Assembly (NCBI GenBank): GCA_964016885.1
Contig: OZ024748.1
Location: 10,540,001-10,604,000, forward strand
Reading direction: 5' to 3'
Length of the DNA: 64,000 nt
From: Eledone cirrhosa
Lineage: Eukaryota
How positions within the stretch are numbered: the stretch's first letter is position 1; every line of letters starts with the position of its first letter. Below the pieces are notes generated by a model. The model worked only from the letters and a program-made list of their open reading frames with translations, was not told the DNA's origin and ran no database searches. The translations under genes were made by a program, and so were the position numbers. Of the stretch, positions 15,401-27,315 are shown in pieces.

Positions 15401-17634
15401 TGTATAGAGGAGAGGTCGTTGTGAAAATGTGCAATACTAATTTAATTTTTAATGTGATGCAGTTTCGTATTTTTCGAAAATACCTTGCTAATGCAGTTTT
15501 ATGTGGTACAGGATGTTAAGAGTTAATAATAATAATAATAATAAAGTCATTTAAACATTTTTGAAGAGAAAAACAATCATTGACTTGTAATTCTTCCTCT
15601 CACTAGCTGAAACTGAAGATGAAGAACGAGAAAAACCTCGACAACAGGTAAATTTAGGTTTATAATTAATTCAGTCTTTATTTAGTTAGAAAAACATTTC
15701 ACTCATAAATTGTCTTTATATTTCTACTTACATTTTATTATATATGTATATATATATATATATAAATATATGGAGGTGTGTGTACGTATATGTATATATA
15801 TATACATATACATACACACACATACACACACTGAAAGTGATGAATTGGCAGAATTATCAAGACATCAGACAGAATCCTTTACAGTATTCCTTCTGGGGCT
15901 TTGTAACCTCATGGAGTCAATTTTGCCTATCATCTTTTCTGGAGTCAATAATGTAACTGACAAACACTAAAGCTGACTTCCTTTCTCTCTCTCTTGAAGA
16001 CGTTGGTTATGGTCAAACCTGGAAGGGGATGGCTTGACCAAGTTTAAATGCCCAAGAAATTACATCAGGGCTTGGTGATGATATAATATATACATATATA
16101 TATATATATATGTGTGTATGTATTTTTTTTTTTTTTACTTCATCATTTCCTACTGATGTCTTTAGCTTTCCACTTTCCTAATAACATGACACACACACAC
16201 ATTCTCTTTTTTTTTTTTTTTAATACTACATATAGGTGCCTGTGAAAGCATTATACAGCATGTCCCAAAAGCCATCTAAGTATTTAAAAGTCAAATACCA
16301 TGCATGTTCATTAGGTGACTTTTGGCACACCCTGTATGTATGCACATATATATATATATGTAGTCAGTTCCACAACAAATTAACAAACTATACTTGAGGA
16401 CACGCTTTTGACCGGACAGATTTTCAACCCATGTATAAACGGATATAATCTGGTTTTTTACCAATATATATATATATATATAATGGACAAGATACACAGC
16501 ATTTACAATGGTGCAATACATCTAAGTACACATGCACACACACACACACACACACACATTTTTTTACCTGTTTTATCCAGTGGCATAAAAAAATTGGCAA
16601 GACTTGTTTAGCCTGGATATATATGTTACTTCTTCCTTCAAACATACCACTTTTAGTGGGGTTCAAAAAATTTCAATAGTAGTTTGTCCAATATAATATT
16701 TTCTGGTGAAATGTCTATACAATTTGTGCTTCTTATATATGGCCGTTAAAATTATGTCCGGATTTTCTGGGGCTGCAAACCTCAGCAAAATTGAAGGGAA
16801 ACAGATCTGGTTTCCAAAGTCATATCATATACTGCAGAGTTTCTATTCCTTTCACAACACTCAACTCTCCACACTTTTTTCATAAAGTGTTGTTGCATCA
16901 TTACTGAATCTAAAACTCAATGTCTGTTTTATTATCATTGTTATTATTTTGTTGTTTTTAATTATTTTTGTTGTTGTTTTCTGTTGCTATGGTATCCACT
17001 GGACACAAACAACACCAGTGAGTGGGCAACAGTGAATCTGGGTAGCAATGGGAAGCAGGTTTGGGGCATTAGTGTGAAGTGTGGGGTCTCTGGGATTGAA
17101 CAGGTTGCGCTTGGTGCAACTTTTGCAGACCTGTCCAACCCATGTCAGCATGGAAAAATATAAAATCTATGGGAAATATTTTTTTAATCTATAAAACCAA
17201 AACAATGATGATGATATTAGTTAACCAATGTTTTCTCTTTATATTGTTTTTTTAATTTTTTATTGTTTGTTTATGTCAATTGTATGTCAACCTCCATACT
17301 TGTATATATTGCATATATATATATATATCTGTGTGTGTGTGTCTATAATTCTCAATGTTGTTTATTTATTTAATAAAACTTAACAAACTTCTTCCAGAAC
17401 ACTTTGCCAGACAAAAGTAACTTGAATTCCAGTAAAAACGGTTACGATGGGATAATTGAGAAAGAAGTAGCCGGTAGGGGACCACGGCGAGTAAGAGTAA
17501 GTAAATTTTTGGTATTTAGCTTCATTAGTGACCTGGTGGTTAGGGCAGTGCTGGTGCACTATATATGAGATAGATTCTATTTTAACCTGTTGACTGCCGT
17601 GTATATTTTACGCGGCTACAGTTGCTGTGCTGGG

Positions 17635-17665
<31 letters not shown>

Positions 17666-18726
17666 CATTTATTAACACCACATATGAGGCTCAAAAACTG
17701 TGATTGCGTTGTAAGATGGGTTCGACACAGTCAACTGGCCTGTCCCTCCTCATGACAGAGCAATCCAGTCCCACACTGTACATTTGGTTGGTGTTAGGAA
17801 GGGCATCTAGCTGTAAAATACCCGGCCAAATGTATAGTCCTCACCGAAGAAAGCTACGACATGGCCAGATTTACCTTCCGGCATGGACAACTCGTCTAAC
17901 CCATGCAAGCATGGTAGAATTGCCACTAAACGGAAATGATAATGATCTGAATGATTGACAAACATCACATCAATAAACTAGTAACCCCATCTAGCTTTGA
18001 AGTTATGAACTGTTGGAAACCAGTTCAATATGTTAGGACTATTTATCTCGTCTATGGCACTGAAAAGGTAAAATGTGAAAAATACAAATTGAAATTTGTA
18101 AAAAGTTCATACATAACTGTCAAAGTAGGGAAACAACTAAACTAATAATGAAAACATCACAAACTGCATGTTTCTCATTGGTAACTTTGCTCCATTTATT
18201 GACTCAACAAAGAAATATAAAAAAGAAGTTTCTGTATTTTTAATTATCTATATTTCTACTTTATGCTAAATACCTCTTTGGAATAAAATTTTTTAATTAC
18301 GTGCAAATTGAACCAAAATATTTTTACTTGCTTTAAAATGCACTATGAGTATAGAAATGTTTGAGAACCACTGGGTTAGGGTGTTCAACTCATGATCATA
18401 AAGTAGTGGGTTCAATTCCTAAACCAAGGGGTGCACTTTGTGCTTGAGCAAGACACTTCATTTCATGTAGCTTTTCATGATAGACACCCTTACTCTTAAA
18501 ACACTTGAGAAATCTCTCATAAGATGCAACATCTTAGAAGGCTAGTGTTTGATATTGTCTGATCTTTTGTTTTTAACAGCAATCAAAATCTGATTCACCA
18601 AGGATTAGCATACAACCTGCAGATGATGAAGATGGTAGGTTGAACAAGTCTTTTCTGGTTATATATTTTTATTTATTTTCCAAATGAAGCAGTCTTTTGA
18701 CTGGAATAAAAGAAAAGTACTATGAT

Positions 18727-18759
<33 letters not shown>

Positions 18760-21700
18760 AATATTATATATGTGTGTGTATATATATATGATTTTATTTT
18801 TGTTATTTCAGATTTTGATGATGGTCTTTCTGTGAAGCATATTGCCCATGCTCGTTATTTGAGGAACCACCGTCTCATTAATGAAATATTCAGTGAAACT
18901 ATGGTTCCTGATGTTCGCACAGTTATTATGTCTACTCGGATGAGTGTCCTGCGGAAGCAAGTCTCTTCTTTAACCAACCATCAGGTAGAATATGCATGAC
19001 TGAATTTTTCTCTATCCGCTATTTTCTTCCCTTTTCTACTCCTGCCTCCTCCTTTTTTTATCTTTTTCTACTTCTCCTTCCTCTTCCTTTTTCTACCTCC
19101 TTCTACTTATCCCCCCTCTTACTTCCACTACTTCAGTCTTCATTTTCATGTGTATGTTTTAGAAAAAACTGGAATCTGAGTTGAAGTTAATTGAAGACAG
19201 ACATGAAGCAAAGAAGAGGAAATTCATTGAGAGCAGTGAATCTTTTCATGAAGATTTAAAAAAAGTGAGTTTATTTTTTTATTTATTTATTTTACTCTGT
19301 TTACTTGGGGGTAGACAATTTTCACATCAAATTTTTTGGGTAAAATGAAGGTGCATCCTAAACGCCAGAAAATCTGGTGGTTATTTAACTTTTTCTGATA
19401 TTCTTACTTCTATTGTAGCTGTGTGAAAGTAAACCACAGATCACAGATGAAGTGTTTGCTAACATGCTGGCCAAGGTGAAAGAAGAACTGCGTCAACGAC
19501 ATGCACAGTTTCTGCAACAACAGCAGCAGGCCAAGACTGTTGCAGCCTTACATCAGCAACTGCCACTGTCATCATCACCACAGCAACCTCCGTCAACGCC
19601 CACGCCCCCTGTCGGTTCCAGTATGTCACCTGCCACACCTGGTAGCTCGTCAGCAGCGACACCCGGCCCACCAGATTTAGACATGCAGGAGAGCGAGGCT
19701 TCCACCAAATCTAAAGAAGACGAAAAATGCGACACCATCGAAAAAATGGAAATTGAAGAATCCAAGAGCAATCTGGTAATTCTAGCAGTGAGGAAGATAT
19801 CTTGTGATCGTTGTGATGGTCGTTATGTGTTGAAGTGGTGGTGGTTGTTATGTATGTTGTATGTGTTGATGGTGCTCTTGATTGTTATATGTTGGTGTTG
19901 AAGTGCTAGTTGTTGTGTTGGTGGTGGTTTTATTGATGTTTGAATGAGATGGTTGTCATATGTTCTGGAAGGATGAAAATGACTGAATGAGAGGAGTAAT
20001 GGAAATAAATATGGAAGGAAATAGAGGAAGAGAAAGACAGAAAAAGACATGGCTGGGGATAATGAAAGCCAAGGGGTTTGAGAGTGGAGTAGAGGATAGG
20101 GCAAAATGGAGATGTTTATCTAGGATCCTGCAAAGCTATCTCCTGTTTTAGCAGTGAAAATGGCCTTAAAATACGTTGTTGTTGTTGTTGTTATTGTGGC
20201 CAGTGTCAGTAGGGTGATATGGCTCTGTGGTTTTAGGTGTTCCATCCTATTGCATGTCACCTTGGACAAGTGTCTTCTACAACTTCAGACTTGCCAATGC
20301 CTTCTGAATAGATTTGGTAAATGGAAATTGTACTGAAGTACTTCATATCTCTGAGTGTGTTTGTGTGTATAAAGGAATGTATTGAGTGAGATGGTGTCAG
20401 CCAACATGTCTAGGAGGACAATAGCCTCAATTAAATACTGACTTCATCTGAAAGACCTGTCCAACCCATGCCTGCATGGACAGCAGATGTAAAATGATAT
20501 AGTGTGTGAATGTCAGTATTAATGTCAAGACTGTTGGTTTGTTTGTTTGGCTCCCAATATAACAATCTTTGTCAGGCATGTCACTTTGGTGAACCATCCC
20601 TTGTGTTTGTAGGACTCTACATCGAGTGACAAACCTGAACCCTCTGATTTGAAAGAGGAGGAAGAAGAGGAAGAGGACGAAGAAGAATTAGATGAAACAC
20701 CAGAGACACCAGCAGCACCTGCAGCAGTGTTGAAGACGGAAGAACCTGATACACTCCCAGAAGCAAAGAGCCCAGTTTCAACGACAGAGACTACTGTCAC
20801 TACTACAGCTACTGCTAGTACTACTTCCACCACCACTACTCCTGCTACTAGTACTACTACTACTACTGTTACACCTCCTGCGGTATGTATTAACCCTTTC
20901 TTGATATCTCTAATAAAACACACCGCCTACCATTTTCAAATAATTTTGAAAATATTGCAGGAGTTTAGTATAACTTTCACATTCTTAATCTGCTTTTTAG
21001 AACATGATCTTACATAAAATTATGATGAAAGGTTTTTAAATAAATATAAATGCTTTAACCCTTTCATTACCATATTTCTAATGAAAGACACTGCCTATGA
21101 TTTTCAAATCATTTTGAAAATCAAGAATTTGGAGGGATCTAGTAATATAACTTTACGTTTTTAAGTTCAAATCTTGCCGAAGGTTGTATCTATAGAATAG
21201 GTACTAGTCAAGTATTGGCATAAAAGATATTGATGATCTTTGCTTTCATCCTTATGTGGTCGATAGAATAAAGTGCCAGTAATGCACTGGGGTCAATTCA
21301 ATCGACTTTCCCTTCTCCCCAAATTGTTGGCCTTGTGCCTTAATTTGAAACCATTATTATTATTATTTTTTGTTATTTCCCAGCCACCAATGACTGAAGA
21401 AATGTCTTCCTCAAGCACGCCAGCTCCAGATAGTTCTTCTACACCTGCTCCTGATAAAACTGAAACTCCTTCCCAGCTACCTCAAATCACTGAAGTATGT
21501 CATCACAAATTAACAATTTTCTATAATTTCATATTGAATCTGTTGTTGGTTGGGCTGATTGACACCTCAACATTGTGTGGGTCTGTGTGTTCTATGAGAA
21601 CAAATATATTATTTTACTCCTAATGCGCCTGACAACTGTAAAATAATAGCAATTGAGGCATATGGCTTAGTGGTTAGAGCATTGACCTTGCAATCGACAG

Positions 21701-24700
21701 GCTGTGAGTTCAATTCTCAGACCGGGTGATGTGATATGTTGTTTCCTTGAGCAAGACACTTTATTTCACATTGCTCCAGTTTACTCAGCTGTAGAAATGA
21801 TGAGATGATAGGGACTGGGGTCCATATCATTCCACTGCAAAGTGGTCGTGGAGGTGCCACAGCAAAAAAGCACCCAACACTCACTGTAAATGAGGTTGGT
21901 GTTAGGAAGGGCATCCAGCTGTAGAAATCAAGCCAGAATCAGTTCCCGTCCCACCCTTGCAAGCAGGGAAAAACGGACATAAAATGATGATGAGGGGAAT
22001 ATGCTGATGTTATCACAGAATGTGGCATCCAAAGGCCTCATACCTCCAGTGAGTCACGAGAATGGCTGAAAGTAATTTGAAAATCATGTGATCAGTTTGA
22101 AGACTGATTTTGAGTGAGCCCCACACAGCCCTCATTGAAGCCACCCAGATTTCTTTATTTGGGGCTATCTGAAGGATAGGGTGTATTTCAATAAACCCAT
22201 GTCCATCATTGAACTAAAGGAAAACACCAGTGGGGAAATCAAAGCCATTCCTAGATCTCTTTGTAGAGACGTTATGCAAAACTTCACCATGCACCTCAAA
22301 AAATGCGTTGATTCAAATGGGGGTCAGTTAGAACGTGCTGTAACTGGACAGAAACATCACAAGACTGGATTTTTTATGTGTTTGTTGTTGATAAATATAT
22401 TCAGAGTTTTTATCAAAAAATGAAATTCATTTTTTTGAAGATGGGGCCAGTTTTTTTCTTTCTTTTAGTCACTCTGTATAAATATATATATATATATCAA
22501 CTAGAAATTGCTTGACATATATATATATATCTAAAATAAACATATGAAACAATCACAGGGGATAATCTGTAAAAGTGTATAAGCACACACAGCTATGTGG
22601 GTAACTAATTAAAGTTTAACTAGAATTTCAAAAATAGATACCTTATAAATTGATTAATCTTCCTTGTATATATTTCATTAAAGAAATATATTTCACTAAT
22701 TAATCGATTGGTAAACGACAGTAGCTAAATCCTGGATTTTCAACAAGGAAGAAGACTTAACTATCTGTGTTTACACATCAAATTCAAATCTGTGACTAAC
22801 TAATAGCACGTGTTGCATTTAATACAAATACACACATCGCACCAGCTTCGTCCCAGTGGGGTGAATAGGGTTATCGACAACTAGGAATAGCAGTCAAGTC
22901 CTTTCAACTGAGTTAGCTCTACAATTAAGGAGCCGTATTTATCATCATCATCATCATCAACGTTTAACGTCCGTGTTCCACGCTTGCATGGGTTTGGACG
23001 GGGGTAGTCCCACTTGAGGCAAGAGTGATTGTCTTGCTCGCATAGGACTGTCTGGCAGGTTTTCTACAGTTGGATGCCCTTCCTAACACCAACCACATTT
23101 ACAGTGTGGGTCTGGGAGGTTTTTACCGTGTTGCCTACACGGCCACATTACAGCGTGGACTGTGTGTTTTTTTGTCGTGACACCTACACGATCTCATTTG
23201 TTTCGGCCTGGATGGCGCGGCACCAACATAACTTTACATAGAACGGGGTGGTGTGGATGGGGTGGGGGTGGCGGCGGGAGGGGTGTATTTTGTTAGAGAT
23301 GCCTACTGGCAAGGCGGGTCTTCTCTGTTACTGAGTACCGCCAAAGGTCACGGTCCAGTGACATTGTCTTGGAGAGGTGTAAGTGTGTGAGGTCGGAGTT
23401 TATCAGCTCATCCCATGTTTTTCTAGGTCTGCCTATTCCGTGGCTACCGTCTATCTTTATTGCCCTGCACTTTGTAATACAGCTATCGACTTTCATGCGC
23501 ATCACGTGTCCATACCAACGCAGCCTTCTCTCGAGTAAACAACATCTGATCCCTCTTATCTCTAATTTTTTCCTTAGTTCGTTTATGCTTTGCCGTTCAC
23601 GTATATTACTGTTACACATCCAGCGGAGCATGCAAGCTTCGTTCCTCTCTAGTCTGCGTATATCCTCTGCACACAATGCCCAGGTCTCACTACCATGCAA
23701 CATTGCTGTTCGTATGCAGGCATCGTACAACCTGCCTTTCATTTTTAGGGAGAACCCTTTAGCAGCTAATAGTGGTATAAGCTCTCTGAACTTTTTCCAA
23801 CCAGTTCTGACTCTAGCTACAGTACTTTCAGAGCACCCTCCCCCACTGCTGATTTTATCGCCCAGGTAACGGAAGCTGTCCACTATTTCTATAAAACCCT
23901 CTGCGCAATTGAAAGAGCTAGTATTTTGTGGGCACTTGCTGCTACTTATTGCACCAGAACACCGGCCACATGTAAAGTCTATGTTCTTAGTTAGCTTACC
24001 TGTGATCCCACTACATCTTTTATGCACCCATACTTTGCATTTAGGACATAAGATGGAGTTTCTACCTACGCCTTTCCTACATACCGAGCACGACCATTTC
24101 CCAGAAGGGACCGCCGCCTTGTTTTCTTTCCTACAAACTAGAACTTTGGTCTTAGCCAGGTTAATTTTAAGTCCTTTTGACTCTAGGCCGTGCTTCCATG
24201 TTTGGAATTTCTTCTCTAGCTCGGCCATTGATTCCGCTATGAGTGTCAGGTCGTCTGCGTATAGGAGTTCCCATGGGCAGCCTGTCTTGAACTCCTCTGT
24301 TATAGCCTGAAGGGCAATAATAAATAGTAGGGGGCTGAGAACAGAGCCCTGATGGACGCCAACTTTTACGCTAAACTCTTCACTATATTCGTTGTTAATT
24401 CTAACCTTGCTGACTGTTTCTTTATACATGGCTTGTATAGCCCTCACAAGCCATTCGTCAACGCCTAGTTTTCTAAGAGCCCACCAGATAATGGAGCGGG
24501 GGACTCTGTCGAAGGCTTTCTCCAGGTCGACAAAAGCTAAGTAGAGGGGTTTACCTTTAGCTAGGTACTTCTCCTGTAGTTGTCGTACTATGAAAAGAGC
24601 GTCTGTGGTGCTTTTGCCTGACACAAACCCGAACTGCATTTCATCTAGATCAATTCTCTCTCTGATTAGTTGCGCTATTACTTTTTCCGTGACCTTCATG

Positions 24701-26503
24701 ACCTGGTCGATTAATTTAATGCCTCTATAGTTACTCCTATCTAGGGCGTCTCCTTTACCCTTATAACAGTTAACGATGATGCTGCTATGCCAGTCCTTCG
24801 GAACAACCCCATTCTGTACGACTTGGTTAACTATGCGGGTGACCATGGTGTGTCCCACCGTGCCAGATGCCTTCAGCATCTCAGCAACTATTTCCGAAGG
24901 CCCAGCCGCCTTACCAGTCTTCATATCCTTGATTGCCTTACTTATTATACTCCCCTCGACTAACACTGCTGGTCCCTCTATCGGGTCGATATGGGGGAGA
25001 CTGTCTTTCTCCCATTTATTCTCCTCATTTAGTAGCCTTTCATAGTGACACTTCCAAGCTACCTTCTTATCAGTGTCGGTGATTTATATATATCCAAAAT
25101 CTAAATTAAATTAAGGGTGTCATGTCAGAGAGACATGCGCCATATCCACTGTAAAATATGCTCCAAGATTCCAATGAATAGATCCGAACATATATCAACT
25201 AGAAATTGATTGACATATATATGTATCTAAAATAAACATATGAAACAATCATGGGAGCACATTTTACAGTGGATATGGCGCATGTCTTTCTGACATGACA
25301 CCCTTAATTTAATTTAAATTTTGGATATATATATATATACTGTATTTTCCGGCCCCCTCCTCGAGCACGTACCCTAATTTTGAAAAAAAAATAATGAACA
25401 ACTATCGGCCTCCAGGACGGATAGTAGATTTTTGAGACTTATTTTAGGAAAAAAGTAGCCTCTTCAACACCAGGCAATACGGTATATATATGCTTCATCT
25501 CTGCTGTGCTGAGTTCAAATTTGCTTCCTATTGCTGAAAAAGCAGTGATGTGCTCTGCCATGAGTTGTGTCCAGCAGATAGTATCACCAATGGAAGCATT
25601 TTTTTCTTTGTTCCAATTTGACAACCTGTTCGTTTTTATCTTTTTTAAACGTGCTGTTCTCTACATGGTTTGATTTTTCAGGAGAAAGCAGTCGTAGCAG
25701 AACCAGTTGTGGAGGCCCCAGTTGCTGAGAAGGAAGTTGTCCCGGAAGAGAAACCAACTGAGTCTACAGAAGTAGCTGTTGCTTCTGATAGCAGTCCTCC
25801 TCCTGTTGCTTCTACTGTTGTTGCTGCAACTACTACTACTACTACAACTACTTCTACTTCTTCTCCTAATGCTACTAATGCTACTTCTGTTGCCACCCCT
25901 CCAGTAGAGACCACTACTTCTGAAACTACAGCTGCTACTACTACAGCCAGTACTACTACTACAGCCACTACTACTACTACAGCCACTACTGCTGCTACCA
26001 CTGCTACTGCCAGTGGAGACAACAATGTGGAGATGACAGTTGCCAGTGAGAAGACACCTACACCACCACCACCACCACCACCACCCCCTCCGCAACCATC
26101 ATCATCACCACCACCACCACCACCTCCTGCAGTCCTTCCAGCTCCTTCCACTAGTACAACTGCTATCACATCTACCACTACTACTCCAACTGTTGCTGCT
26201 GCTGCTGCTGCTACTACTACTACTTCTACTACTACTGCTGTTGCTGCTACCACCACTACTACTACTGCCGCTGCCACTGCCGCCACCACTTCTTCAACCA
26301 CCACTACTGCCACTGCCGCCACTACTGCTGTTACCACTACCACCACCACCACCACTACTGCCACTGCCACCACAACTGACACCCCTGCTGTTCCTCCACC
26401 TCTTCCTACTGCTTCTTCTGAAGCTCCAGAAACCAAACCTGATACTCCAGCCACCACTACAGGTAGGTCCTTAGTCTTGCACTCATAACCTTCTCATGCT
26501 CTC

Positions 26504-26534
<31 letters not shown>

Positions 26535-27274
26535 CATCGCTGCCACTACAAACAGTTCCTTAGTCTTGCACACACACACTGTTGACAGCCTCTACTTTTA
26601 ACTATTTCTCTATAAACTCGTGTATTACAGATAGGTTGTTATTTGCAAACACACACACACTGTTGATGGCCTCTATTACATCTATTTCTCTATAAACTCA
26701 CTCATAGACAGGTTGTTAGTTACAAACATACTCACACACACTGTTGGTGGTCTCTGCTATCTCTAACTATTTCTCTATAAACTCACCCTTTATAGATAGG
26801 TCAATAAAATAAAGTAGCGGTAATACACGGGTTGATTTAATTAACTTTCCCCTCTCCCCAAATTGTTGTCCTTGTGCCTAAATCAGAAACAGTTGAGTCT
26901 CTACCTTTAACTATCTCTCTATAAACCTATCCATTACAGATAGGTTGATAGTTTCAAACACACACACCTCACTGGTAGCCTCTCTCTCTAGCCACTACAG
27001 ATAAGTTCTTAGTCTTGCACTCAAACTTCTTGGAGTCTCTCTCTCTCTCATATCCACCCACCACAGAGAGGTTCTTAGTCATGCAGCCATAACATTCTGG
27101 GAGTCTCTTTTTCTCACCCCTCCATTCTTCCTTTGAGCTCTCTCTCTACATGTAGGTTGCTTAATAGCACACATGCATATCCTGTTGAGTATCTATCTAT
27201 CTAGCTAGCTAGATACAACTTGTTAGCCTCTCTCTCTCACACACACAGTTGAATATCAGTTTCTCTCTCACTCA

Positions 27275-27315
<41 letters not shown>

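Noticed and set aside
825-16666. Many 60-120 aa ORFs rich in Y/I/C/V/F/L
   Set aside because: Translations of (TA)n, (TG)n, (CT)n and poly-T tracts in introns.
23369-25045. Plus-strand ORFs over the LINE
   Set aside because: Antisense shadows of the reverse transcriptase ORF.
25661-26474. Overlapping ORFs 25661-26095 (-), 25678-26457 (-) and 26040-26474 (+)
   Set aside because: Shadow frames of the trinucleotide-repeat SMARCE1 exon.
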